DNA of 64,000 nt from a virus (taxonomy: Duplodnaviria > Caudoviricetes). The DNA lies in IMG/VR virus record IMGVR_UViG_2923519811_000002, positions 32,001-96,000 of that record, one strand, 5' to 3'. The notes beneath the pieces were generated by a model. It had not been told where the DNA came from, ran no database searches, and saw nothing but the letters and a program-made list of their open reading frames with translations. Position numbers and translations under genes: made by a program. How positions within the stretch are numbered: position 1 is the stretch's first letter; every line of letters begins with the position of its first letter. Positions 54,933 through 64,000 of this stretch are shown in pieces.

Positions 54933-57504
54933 CCAGTTGCAACTCCAGGTCATTCTCTCCGCGCTGGACCGCGTCACCGCACCGCTCAAGCGCATCCAGG
55001 GCGGCTCCGTCGGCGTCGCCCGCGAGCTGAAGGCCGCCCGCGACCGCCTCAAGGAACTCAACGCCCAGCAGCGCGACGTCTCCGCCTGGCGCGCCCAGTT
55101 CAGCGCCGCCCAGGACACCGAGCACGCCCTGGGCGCCGCCCGCGCCCGCGTGCAGGCCCTGAGCCGGGAGATGGCCAACACCACCGTGCCCACCCGGCAG
55201 ATGACCCGCGACCTGCGCAGCGCCATCCGCGAGGCCACCGCCCTCAAACGCCAGCACGGCGAGAACCAGGTGCAGCTCCAGGGCCTGCGCAGCAAACTGG
55301 CCGCCGCCGGCATCGACACCCGCAAGCTGGGCAGCGCCGAGCGCGACCTGCGCGGGCAGATCAGCGCCACCACCCGCGCCATCGGCCAGCAGGAGGAGCG
55401 GCTCAAGCGCATCACCACCCAGCAGAAGCGCCTGGCCGCCGCACGTGGCCAGTACGACGCCTCCCAGGCCCTGGCCGGCAGCATGGCCGGCGTGGGTGCC
55501 GGCTCCGCCGCTGCAGGTGCCGCCCTGGGCGCCCCGGTGCTGGGGGTGGCCAAGACGTACATCGCCTTCGAGGACGCCATGCTCGGCGTCGCCAAGCAGG
55601 TGGACGGCGCGCGAGACGACTCCGGCCAGCTCACCAGGACCTACTACGAAATGGGCGATGCGCTGAAGGCGATGTCCGAGCGCATCCCCATGGCATCGAC
55701 GGAGCTGGCCGCCCTGGTGGAAGGCGGGGCGCGCATGGGCATCCAGGGCAAGGATGAGCTGCTGAAGTTCGCAGGTGTGGCCGCCAACGCCGCCACCGCT
55801 TTCGAGCTGCCGGCGGACCAGATCGGCGAGGACCTGGCGCGCATCGCCAACCTCTACAAGCTGCCCATCAAGAACATCGACCAGCTGGGCGACGCCATCA
55901 ACTACCTGGACGACAACGCCCAGTCGAAGGGCGGCGACATCATCGACGTGCTGCAGCGCGCCGCCGGCGCCACCGCCACGGCGGGCATGAGCTTCAAGGA
56001 CGCGGCAGCCCTGGGCAGCACCTTCCTCAGCCTGGGCGCCACGGCTGAAACGGCCGGTACCGCCACCAACGCCATGATCCGCGAGCTTTCCAACGCCAGC
56101 ATCCAGCCCAAGCGCTTCAAGGACGGCCTCAAGGCCCTGGGCCTGGAGGCCAAGAAGGTGCAGGCGGACATGTCCCGCGATGCCACCGGCACCATCCTCA
56201 AGGTGCTCGATGCCCTCAACAAACTGCCCAAGGAGCAGCAGAGCACCGTCACCACCCAGCTCTTCCTCAAGGAGCACGGCAAGGACGCCGCCAAGCTCGC
56301 CGCCAACGTCGGCGAGTACCGCCGCCAGCTCGCCCTGGCCAACTCGGAGAAGGCCAAGGGCTCCATGCAGCGCGAGGCGGACATCCGCGCCGAATCTCTC
56401 TCGGCCCGCCTGCAGATGGCGCAGAACCGCGCCTTCAACCTCTCCGCCACCCTGGGCGAAACGCTGCGGCCTTCGATCATCCGCCTGATCGAAGGCTTCA
56501 ACCGCATCCTCGAGCGCGTCACCACCTGGGTGAAGGCCAACCCCGAGCTGGCCTTCACCATCCTCAAGGTGGTGGCGGGCCTGGCGGGCCTGGCCACGGT
56601 GTTCGGCACCCTCACCCTGGGCATCGCCTCCCTGCTGGGGCCGTTCGCCATGTTCCGCTACGCCATGATGCTGGTGGGCATCAAGGGCGGCGGCCTGGCC
56701 AGCGTGCTGTTCAACCTCGGCCGCACCGTACTGCCCATCGTCGGCCAGGCCATCCTGTGGATCGGCCGCGCGCTGATGATGAACCCCATCGGCCTGGCCA
56801 TCACCGCCATCGCCGTGGCGGCACTGCTGATCTACAAGTACTGGGACCCGATCAAGGCCTACGTGATGAGCCTGTGGGCCGAGATCAAGGCCGGCTTCGA
56901 CGGCGGCATCGGCGGCATCACCCAGCTCATCATCAACTTCAGCCCCCTGGGCCTGTTCTACCGGGCCTTCGCCGCCGTGATGAACTACTTCGGCGTGGAG
57001 ATGCCGGGCAAATTCACCGAGTTCGGCAGCATGCTCATGCAGGGCATGGTCAACGGCATCACCAGCGGCCTGGCCGCCGTGAAGGACAGCATCACCGGCG
57101 CCGCCGACAGCACCATCACCTGGTTCAAGGAGAAGCTCGGCATTCACAGCCCCTCGCGGGTGTTCGCCAGCCTGGGCGGCTTCACCATGGCCGGCCTGGT
57201 GCAGGGCCTGGCCGGTGGCGAGGGCGACGTGCTGGGGCAGATCAGCAGCACCGCCCGGCGCCTCACCGACGCCGGTGCCGGCATGCTGGGCATGGGCAGC
57301 GGCATCCGCCTGGACACCCGTGCCCCGGTCCAGGCTGCCGGGGGCGGCGGCACCGTCGTCCAGGGCGACACCATCCACATCACCATCCACGCTGCCCCCG
57401 GAACCGATGTGGCCGGCCTGCGGCAGCAGATCAACCAACTGCTCGACGAGCGCGAGCGCAGCAAGGCCGCCCGGGTGCGCTCCCGCCTGAGCGACCGGGA
57501 GTAA
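54922..57504 (+). CDS. Tape measure protein (gpT)
   Basis: 860 aa, Ala-rich; FEDAM.GVAK, LGIHSPSRVF. Confidence 0.93.
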   Translation: MAADQLQLQVILSALDRVTAPLKRIQGGSVGVARELKAARDRLKELNAQQRDVSAWRAQFSAAQDTEHALGAARARVQALSREMANTTVPTRQMTRDLRSAIREATALKRQHGENQVQLQGLRSKLAAAGIDTRKLGSAERDLRGQISATTRAIGQQEERLKRITTQQKRLAAARGQYDASQALAGSMAGVGAGSAAAGAALGAPVLGVAKTYIAFEDAMLGVAKQVDGARDDSGQLTRTYYEMGDALKAMSERIPMASTELAALVEGGARMGIQGKDELLKFAGVAANAATAFELPADQIGEDLARIANLYKLPIKNIDQLGDAINYLDDNAQSKGGDIIDVLQRAAGATATAGMSFKDAAALGSTFLSLGATAETAGTATNAMIRELSNASIQPKRFKDGLKALGLEAKKVQADMSRDATGTILKVLDALNKLPKEQQSTVTTQLFLKEHGKDAAKLAANVGEYRRQLALANSEKAKGSMQREADIRAESLSARLQMAQNRAFNLSATLGETLRPSIIRLIEGFNRILERVTTWVKANPELAFTILKVVAGLAGLATVFGTLTLGIASLLGPFAMFRYAMMLVGIKGGGLASVLFNLGRTVLPIVGQAILWIGRALMMNPIGLAITAIAVAALLIYKYWDPIKAYVMSLWAEIKAGFDGGIGGITQLIINFSPLGLFYRAFAAVMNYFGVEMPGKFTEFGSMLMQGMVNGITSGLAAVKDSITGAADSTITWFKEKLGIHSPSRVFASLGGFTMAGLVQGLAGGEGDVLGQISSTARRLTDAGAGMLGMGSGIRLDTRAPVQAAGGGGTVVQGDTIHITIHAAPGTDVAGLRQQINQLLDERERSKAARVRSRLSDRE

Positions 57505-57511
57505 ACGCACC

Positions 57512-57955
57512 ATGATGATGGCCCTCGGCATGTTCGTGTTCGGCCTGCCCACCCTCGCCTACCAGGAGCTGCAGCGGCAGACCGAATGGCGCCACCCCAG
57601 CAGCAGCCGGGTGGGCACAAACCCGGCCCGGCAGTTCGCCGGCCGGGGCGACGACACCCTCACCCTGCCCGGCATCCTGCTGCCCGAGCTGGCCGGCAGC
57701 CTGCTCAGCCTCGACGCCCTGCGGGAGATGGCCAACACCGGCAAGGCCTACCCCATGGTGGAGGGCAGCGGGCGGATCCTTGGGCTGTGGGTGATCGAGC
57801 GGGTGAGCGAAACGCGCAGCCTCTTTTTCCCCGACGGCACCCCGCGCCGCATCGAGTTCAGCCTGGGCCTGACGCGGGTGGACGACGGCCGCACCGACCT
57901 GCTCGGCGCCGCCAGCGCCACGGGCGTGAACATCCTGCGGAGGATCCTGCTGTGA
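57512..57955 (+). CDS. Tail protein (gpU)
   Basis: MMALGMFVF, QF.G.G, DG.PRRIEF. Confidence 0.93.
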   Translation: MMMALGMFVFGLPTLAYQELQRQTEWRHPSSSRVGTNPARQFAGRGDDTLTLPGILLPELAGSLLSLDALREMANTGKAYPMVEGSGRILGLWVIERVSETRSLFFPDGTPRRIEFSLGLTRVDDGRTDLLGAASATGVNILRRILL

Positions 57956-59217
57956 TCGAGGGCCTGGTGGATGCCGCCCTGGGCATCCTGCGGGACGCCG
58001 CCCGCAGCGCCCTGGGCGACAACGACTACCCCGCGCCCATCTTCCGCCTGAGCGTGGACGGCCTCGACATCGCCCAGCAGGTGAGCCCGCGCCTGATCAG
58101 CCTCAGCCTCACCGACAATCGGGGCCTGGAGGCGGACCAGCTGGACATCAGCCTCAGCGACCACGACGGCCTGCTGGCCATCCCGCCCAAGGGCGCCGTG
58201 CTGCGCCTGTGGCTGGGCTGGACCGATACCGGCCTGGTGGACAAGGGCACCTTCACCGTGGACGAGACCGAGCACAGCGGCATGCCCGACGTGCTCAACA
58301 TCCGCGGCCGCAGCGCGGATCTGCGCAAGCAGCTCAAGGTCAAGCGCGAGCTGAGCTACAGCGGCACCACCCTGGGCGAGGTGATCCGCCAGATCGCCCA
58401 GCGCCAGGGCCTGGTGCCCGTGGTGGCCGAGGCCCTGGACGCCCAGCCGGTGCTGCAGCTGGACCAGGCCAACGAGTCCGACGCCAACCTCCTCACCCGC
58501 CTGGGCGAGGACTATGACGCCGTGGCCACGGTGAAGGCGGGCAGGCTGCTGTTCCTCGGCGGCAACGGTGGCAAGACCGCCAGCGGCGCCGAGCTGCCCC
58601 ACATCACCCTCACCCGCGCCGACGGCGACCAGCACCGCTACCTGGTGGCCGACCGCGAGGCCTACGACGGCGTGCGCGCCTACTACTACAACGTCAACAG
58701 CGCCAGGAAGGAGGAGGCCATCGCCGGCGGCGGCGACAACCTCAAGGACCTGCGCCACACCTACAGCGACCAGGCCAGCGCCCTGCGCGCCGCCCGCAGC
58801 GAGTGGAACCGCCTGCAACGCGGCAGCGCCACCCTCAGCTACAGCCTGGCCAAGGGCCGCCCGGACCTCATCCCCGAACTCACCTACACCCTGCAGGGCG
58901 TGAAGGACGAGATCGACGCCATCGTCTGGCACGGCGGCAACGTGCAGCACAGCCTCACCGCCGACGGCGGCTACACCACCAGCCTGGAGCTGGAGAGCAA
59001 ACTGCCCGAAGACCTGGTGGACGCGCTGTACGAGGAAGTGCCCGGCGACTACAGCGGCGTGATCGCCTACTACCGGGACAAGAAGACGGGGAAGGAGGCC
59101 AGCGTCACCGCTGGCGACCAGAGCAAGCCCAAACGCCTGCGGCACCTGTATGCGAGCAAGGCGAATGCGAAGCGGGCGGTGGAGAGGGAGTGGAACAAGT
59201 TGCAGCAGAGTTATTGA
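57952..59217 (+). CDS. Baseplate hub / late control protein (gpD)
   Basis: LISL.LTDNRG.EADQL, DQ.NESD..LLTRL, GRPDL.PE. Confidence 0.94.
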   Translation: MIEGLVDAALGILRDAARSALGDNDYPAPIFRLSVDGLDIAQQVSPRLISLSLTDNRGLEADQLDISLSDHDGLLAIPPKGAVLRLWLGWTDTGLVDKGTFTVDETEHSGMPDVLNIRGRSADLRKQLKVKRELSYSGTTLGEVIRQIAQRQGLVPVVAEALDAQPVLQLDQANESDANLLTRLGEDYDAVATVKAGRLLFLGGNGGKTASGAELPHITLTRADGDQHRYLVADREAYDGVRAYYYNVNSARKEEAIAGGGDNLKDLRHTYSDQASALRAARSEWNRLQRGSATLSYSLAKGRPDLIPELTYTLQGVKDEIDAIVWHGGNVQHSLTADGGYTTSLELESKLPEDLVDALYEEVPGDYSGVIAYYRDKKTGKEASVTAGDQSKPKRLRHLYASKANAKRAVEREWNKLQQSY

Positions 59218-59261
59218 TCTCTATCGTGAACTCACCGAGTTGGCTGACAAGGTCTTTGTCG

Positions 59262-60401
59262 TTATTCACTTTCCAAAGAATGCCTTAGCTGTCGCATGAA
59301 TTCATGTACGTGAGCTTCAACCTCTTCCCTGAATGTATCCGAATAGGTGATCCGCACATTGCCCTCATGCACACTGGCACAGAAGGCTTTGCACAAAAAA
59401 CCTATATGCTTGTCGTACTTCCTAATGAATGGAGTCGTAAAGACTCCGGACGGCGTATTAACCCTGATCAGATAACAGAGAAACTCCCCCAAAAAATTGA
59501 TGTCATCACAACATTCTTCTACATAGGTATCACGATAGCGAGTGACCGGAGCAATGGTGAATGTCCGATCATTTCGAGCCACATAATCCTCTTCATCCTC
59601 GTCGCAGTGGATTTCCAAACTTCGGATTTTTAGGTCATCGCCCTCATAGGTGGACTTGAGCAGGAACTGAGGGAAGTCGATTTGAAGTATGCCTTTGGAG
59701 TCGAGCTTTGCCTCCGCAAAGGCGTAAACCACATCTGAAATCTTGTGAAACTGGCCTCCGTGATATGCTACTACCTCGAACCCGCCTCCAAACAGATTTG
59801 CAATAGTCTCGGACTCGAACTTGTTTTCAAATTCGTCAACTAGGTGATTTGCGAACTGATGAAGGGCCATACAGGTGCCATGCACCACGATGTCCTCCTC
59901 AGGGACATCAAATGCAGCCAGAAGGTAACTTTCATGGTGCTCAATGGCATGAGCTGCTCCCGATCCACCGACGTACAGCTCGAAATGCTCGTTGGAACAT
60001 CCAAAATCCGCACAGTAACTTGTGATCTGGATTTCATCGTCCTCAACACTCAGTGCGATAGCTTTAAGATTTGCTTTTTTGAGCCGCTCGTCAGCAACGA
60101 GGGCGTTCAGAAAACGCTTACCTGTCAGCTCAGAGTCTTCCGCTAAGAGCTTATCAAGCTGTCGTATCGCGTCCTGAATATCAGGAACGTCGCCGGCAAA
60201 AGCGACAGCGAAGTGATCGTTCACCACCAAAATTTTTTGGCAAAGCCCGACTACGGTGTGAGCTGCTAGGGTAGAGCCTTCAGTGTCGGACTGAAACGAC
60301 GGGATCTGAGAGGGGCTCATCCAAGTATTGGGGCTGGTGAGCAGAATGTCAGCTTGAAGGAAGCCACCTCTCTTCAAGTGATAGCCTGTAATCATGGTCA
60401 T
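59262..60401 (-). CDS. Proteasome-beta/HslV-like Ntn-hydrolase cargo protein (inferred)
   Basis: Start MTMITG with AAGGA RBS gives Thr1 and Asp17; QKILVVNDHFAVAFAG; GGSG; FGGGFEV. Confidence 0.65.
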   Translation of the reverse strand: MTMITGYHLKRGGFLQADILLTSPNTWMSPSQIPSFQSDTEGSTLAAHTVVGLCQKILVVNDHFAVAFAGDVPDIQDAIRQLDKLLAEDSELTGKRFLNALVADERLKKANLKAIALSVEDDEIQITSYCADFGCSNEHFELYVGGSGAAHAIEHHESYLLAAFDVPEEDIVVHGTCMALHQFANHLVDEFENKFESETIANLFGGGFEVVAYHGGQFHKISDVVYAFAEAKLDSKGILQIDFPQFLLKSTYEGDDLKIRSLEIHCDEDEEDYVARNDRTFTIAPVTRYRDTYVEECCDDINFLGEFLCYLIRVNTPSGVFTTPFIRKYDKHIGFLCKAFCASVHEGNVRITYSDTFREEVEAHVHEFMRQLRHSLESE

Positions 60402-60572
60402 GTGCAATTCCTTTGGCGTTAGAGCTACAGCGAGGTACATGGCTGCGCGCCTGAACTGTAACTCACTCCTGACGCTGAGTGTTCCGTCCTCGACAAATAC
60501 CTAGGTACTCAACGTCGGCGGAAGATCATCTGCTTTATCGAAAAATCTCGTGGGTAGTGTCCAAGCTTTGCA

Positions 60573-60801
60573 CATCGTGTTCGCCTCACTCCACCTGAAA
60601 GACAGCCAGTGCACCAAAAACCAGCCCGAGGGCAGCCGGTTTGCCCCCCTCGGCTACGAGCGCCTGGCCATCGCCATTCCGGATGCGGATAAGGGCTACC
60701 TGTTCAAGACCCTCAAGTGCCCGAACGGCGACGCGGACAAGGCGCCGGAGACGAAGCTGCAGGTCTCCGTGCCTTTGGAGTTCGATCAGCAAGAGATCTA
60801 G
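60573..60801 (+). pseudogene. 3' fragment of the membrane gene at 32202..33170
   Basis: 229-nt collinear high-identity match to 32942-33170. Confidence 0.9.
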
Positions 60802-60827
60802 GGCTGACTACATTCGCCCTGGACCAA

Positions 60828-60968
60828 AGCGGCGTGATCGCCTGCTACCGGGACAAGAAGACGGGGAAGGAGGCCAGCGTCACCGCTGGCGACCAGAGCA
60901 AGCCGAAGCGCCTGCGGCACCTGTATGCGAGCAAGGCGAATGCGAAGCGGGCGGTGGAGAGGGAGTGG
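60828..60968 (+). repeat. Direct repeat of the gene D 3' end
   Basis: 141 nt matching 59053-59193, 3 mismatches counted by eye. Confidence 0.93.
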
Positions 60969-61046
60969 GGAAAACTGAAGCAAGCGTTATCAACTTCAGC
61001 CTAAGCACTTGTAAGATGATGCGAATATCACCCAAGGAGCGGCGTC

Positions 61047-61721
61047 ATGAGCGAAGTAGCAGCACAGCTAACAAGTGGAGACACAAATCAAATAATCACC
61101 ATCGCAATTACGGCAGCAATTGCAATAGTTTCACAATACATCATTACCAAGACAACAAAAAAAGCAGAATACGAATCCATCAAAGAAAACTTCAAGCACA
61201 CACTAGAACAACACGAACAGCTTACAGAAAAGAGCGGAAAGATAAACCATCATTTCAACCGCGAAGCTCTTGCCTACCAAATTAAGCTGAGCCACTATGA
61301 GTCAAAATCAACCGAAGCCATTGTTGCCTGCTACGAAAAATTAGTATCTCTTCAACAAGTAATGATGGACTTTCTTGCGTCCGACAATAGAGAGAGTGAA
61401 ATCGAGGGCGTAATTGACAGCCTAACGGAATATAGAAATTTAGTAATAGCCAAGAAAATATGGATTCCACCACAAACACTGGATCTTTTTGTTGGGATAC
61501 AGAAAGAGCTTCAATATGAAGTAACTCGCTACATTAAGGCACTTAGAAGCCTGCAAAAAACCGCTCAGAAAGATGACAAAGAGCTGGATATAATTTACCA
61601 AGCTCAAGGAAATTTTTATGATTACATTGTTCAGTTATCTAATCGTCTTTCTGATTTTGGCGATCACCTTGCGGAAGTTATCCGAAAAACAGTCCACTCA
61701 CACTCTAGTTCACCTCTCTAA
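61047..61721 (+). CDS. AT-rich cargo protein (N-terminal TM + helical domain)
   Basis: 224 aa; AAGGAG RBS; IITIAITAAIAIV. Confidence 0.75.
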   Translation: MSEVAAQLTSGDTNQIITIAITAAIAIVSQYIITKTTKKAEYESIKENFKHTLEQHEQLTEKSGKINHHFNREALAYQIKLSHYESKSTEAIVACYEKLVSLQQVMMDFLASDNRESEIEGVIDSLTEYRNLVIAKKIWIPPQTLDLFVGIQKELQYEVTRYIKALRSLQKTAQKDDKELDIIYQAQGNFYDYIVQLSNRLSDFGDHLAEVIRKTVHSHSSSPL

Positions 61722-62967
61722 TCTCCCCCCACCGACTCACATACCCCGGCGATTTGAGCGCCTGTTTCATCGCCCACCCCGCCTCGTAGGGCACCGCTGC
61801 TAGCCGCACGGTGCCGCGCCCCATGCGCTGGTTGATCCGGTCCAGCGTTGCCATCAGCTCCGCGCTGCGCGGCCGGGGGCTGGGGGCGAACAGGTCGGCC
61901 TGGATCTGCCCGGGCCGCACGAAGTCCATCAGCAGCACCCCCGCCTTCTGGTACCGGTAGCCGGGCTGGTAGATCGCCTCCAGCCCGGCCAGGGCGGCGC
62001 GCACCAAGTCGCGGGTGTCGTGGGTGGGGTACGGCAGCGGCACGCTGGCGGTGCGTGCGTACTGGCGTTCGGTGGGGTTGAACACGCCGGTGCGGATGTA
62101 CACCTGCAGGCGCTGGCAGTAGTCGCCCTGGCTGCGCAGCTTCTCGCCGGCGCGGCTGGCGTAGGTGGCCACCGCCTCGCGCAGCGGCACCAGGGCGGTG
62201 AGGCGTTCGGAGAACGAACGGCTGCAAGCGATCATCTGTTTCGGCTCGGGGCCGTCGTCCAGGGCGTAGCAGGCCTCCCCGCGCAGCTCGCGGATGGTTT
62301 TCTCCACCACCGCGCTGAACAGCTTGCGCATCGTCGTGGCGTCCTGCTGGGCCAGGTCCCAGGCGGTGCGGATGCCCATGGCCTCGAAGTGCCCGAGCAA
62401 CTTGCGCCCCACCCCCCACACCTCGCTCACCGGCGCATCGCGCAGCAGGGCCTCGCGCTGTTCCGGCCGGGTGGCCACCACCACGCCGCTGCGCGACCGC
62501 CTCTTCGCGGCCCAGTTGGCCAACTTGGCGAGAGTCTTGGTGGTGGAGATGCCGATGCCCACAGGCATGCCCACCAGGCGCGCCATCTCGGCCTTGATGT
62601 GGCGGCCGTAGGCGGCCAGGGGCTGGTTGAGGCCGGTGAGGTCCAGGAAGGCCTCATCGATGCTGTACACCTCCACGCGCGGCGCCAGGCCGCGCAGCAC
62701 GTGCACCACCCGCGCGGAGATGTTGCCGTACAGGGCGTAGTTGGAGCTGAACACCTCAATGCCGTGCAGGGCGATGCGCTCGCGCAGCTTGAAGTAAGGC
62801 TCGCCCATGGCGATGCCCAGCGCCTTGGCCTCGTTGCTGCGGCTGATCACGCAGCCGTCGTTGTTGGACAGCACCACCACCGGCAGGCCGCGCAGATCGG
62901 GGCGGAACAGCCGCTCGCAACTGACGTAGAAGTTGTTGCAGTCCACCAGGGCGAAGACGCGGGGCAT
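61705..62967 (-). CDS. umuC: Y-family polymerase V subunit UmuC/RulB
   Basis: ALVDCNNFYVSCE, VLSNNDGC, YSIDE, VWGVG. Confidence 0.95.
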   Translation of the reverse strand: MPRVFALVDCNNFYVSCERLFRPDLRGLPVVVLSNNDGCVISRSNEAKALGIAMGEPYFKLRERIALHGIEVFSSNYALYGNISARVVHVLRGLAPRVEVYSIDEAFLDLTGLNQPLAAYGRHIKAEMARLVGMPVGIGISTTKTLAKLANWAAKRRSRSGVVVATRPEQREALLRDAPVSEVWGVGRKLLGHFEAMGIRTAWDLAQQDATTMRKLFSAVVEKTIRELRGEACYALDDGPEPKQMIACSRSFSERLTALVPLREAVATYASRAGEKLRSQGDYCQRLQVYIRTGVFNPTERQYARTASVPLPYPTHDTRDLVRAALAGLEAIYQPGYRYQKAGVLLMDFVRPGQIQADLFAPSPRPRSAELMATLDRINQRMGRGTVRLAAVPYEAGWAMKQALKSPGYVSRWGEIREVN

Positions 62968-62968
62968 G

Positions 62969-63400
62969 TCAGGCGCTGGCGAGGGCGTGGATGTTGTGGG
63001 TGACCACGCCGAACACCTCCAGCTCGTCCTCGGCGGCGAGGCGGATGTCCGGGTAGGCGGGGTTGGCCGAGCGCAGCACGGGCAGGCCGTTCTCCAGCTC
63101 CAGGCGCTTGCAGGTGAAGTCGCCGCGCACGATGGCCACCACCACCTGGCCCGGGCGCGGGGTGAGGGAGCGGTCCACCACCAGGGTATCGCCCCGGTAG
63201 ATGCCGGCGCCGGTCATGCTGTCGCCGCCTACGCGCAGGTAGAACGTCGCCGCGGGGTGACGCACGAACAGATCGAGCACGTCCAGCTCGGCCTCGATGT
63301 GGTCATCCGCCGGCGAGGGGAAGCCGGCTGACACCAGGCAGGAGAACAGGGGCAAGCGCACGTGGCCGCTTTTGTAGCGGCCAAGCAAGGTCAGGGGCAT
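62969..63400 (-). CDS. umuD: UmuD/RulA
   Basis: VSAGFPSPADD, VGGDSM, FTCKRL. Confidence 0.93.
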   Translation of the reverse strand: MPLTLLGRYKSGHVRLPLFSCLVSAGFPSPADDHIEAELDVLDLFVRHPAATFYLRVGGDSMTGAGIYRGDTLVVDRSLTPRPGQVVVAIVRGDFTCKRLELENGLPVLRSANPAYPDIRLAAEDELEVFGVVTHNIHALASA

Positions 63401-63418
63401 GGGGGCATTCCGATAATA

Positions 63419-63434
63419 CTGGATAGATATACAG
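63419..63434. promoter_or_regulatory. LexA (SOS) box for umuDC
   Basis: CTGGATAGATATACAG. Confidence 0.85.
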
Positions 63435-63559
63435 ATAGCAGGCTGTAGGAAAGCTCGCAACTTGACCAGACAAACGCCACCTTCGCCGACCACGGCGTTG
63501 CCTGGCACCCTCCTCCGCACTAGCCTCCCAGCCCTCTACCCCGCACAGGAAAGGACTCC

Positions 63560-64000
63560 ATGCACGCCCTGCGTACCGCCTGCCTCGCCCTTGCCGCCGC
63601 CCTGGCGGCTACCTACGCCACCCTCGCCCTCACCGAGCGCCCCGCTCGCACGCAGCCGATCACCCGGCCGCCGCTGCAGTTCCAGGAGCAGGACGGCGAG
63701 CTGAGGGTGTGGGGCGCCTGGGAGCTGGTGAAGGGCGACAGCCCCTACGACGTGCGCGCGGTGGAGATCCGCTGCTACAAGGCCCAGGGCCAGTGCATCA
63801 GCGCCACCGCCCTGGTGCTGAACCACAACGAAGGCCAGGACGTGGAAGCCCAGGCCCACCTGTTCACCATCAGCAAATGGACGGCCCAGCGCCTGGAGGC
63901 CAAGGCCGGGCCCGGGAAGGAGGACTGCAGCGAATGGACCCTCGCCCTGTACCCGGCCGACCGCAGCGGGAAGCTGAACTGGAAGGGGTCGGCCGGGTGC
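63560..64000 (+). CDS. Putative exported protein (truncated by the window edge)
   Basis: MHALRTACLALAAALAA... signal-like; AAGGA RBS; open to the end. Confidence 0.6.
   Translation, partial: MHALRTACLALAAALAATYATLALTERPARTQPITRPPLQFQEQDGELRVWGAWELVKGDSPYDVRAVEIRCYKAQGQCISATALVLNHNEGQDVEAQAHLFTISKWTAQRLEAKAGPGKEDCSEWTLALYPADRSGKLNWKGSAGC

Larger units (their letters stand above)
33940..64000. mobile_element. P2/phiCTX-like prophage (continues right of the window)
   Basis: att, cos and complete P2 morphogenesis gene order. Confidence 0.93.

Noticed and set aside
59053-60968. Diversity-generating retroelement TR/VR pair
   Set aside because: No reverse transcriptase in the window; only 3 mismatches, and one is not at an adenine
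60550-61004. ORFs 60550..60801 and 60717..61004 as real genes
   Set aside because: They are read-throughs of the membrane-gene and gene D scars

Overview
High-GC Pseudomonas-type chromosomal window. About 3.5 kb of core genes (tRNA-Cys, tRNA-Gly, pgsA, uvrC, gacA; 25.66-28.98 kb) lie between mobile elements. (1) 1-25.66 kb is one arm of a lambdoid temperate prophage integrated at the 3' end of tRNA-Cys. It carries lysis genes, ninG, replication genes with an iteron origin, cro/cI with two operator clusters, an unlisted csrA/rsmA homologue behind a structured RNA leader, a Sak/SSB/RdgC/YejK block, two DNA methyltransferases, xis and int. (2) 29.6-33.97 kb is a decayed islet: a C4-type antisense module, a P2 gene D scar, an intact ApeA-like HEPN gene, a membrane gene, an integrase scar and a tRNA-Ser 3' att core. 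(3) 33.94-64 kb is a P2/phiCTX-like prophage (cos, Q-P, O-N-M-L-X, lysis, R-S, V-W-J-I-H-G, FI-FII-E/E'-T-U-D, umuDC) that runs off the right edge and has four cargo slots. The most interesting candidates are: a proteasome-beta/Ntn-like protein (Thr1/Asp17/Lys..Gly/GSG) in a layered hotspot after gene D; a Cas2/VapD-like plus tandem-repeat gene pair in the phiCTX ctx slot, downstream of DnaA and NrdR-like boxes; a phage CsrA next to the host gacA; and two C4 antisense modules with different recognition codes. All family calls come from motif recognition by eye; no searches were run.
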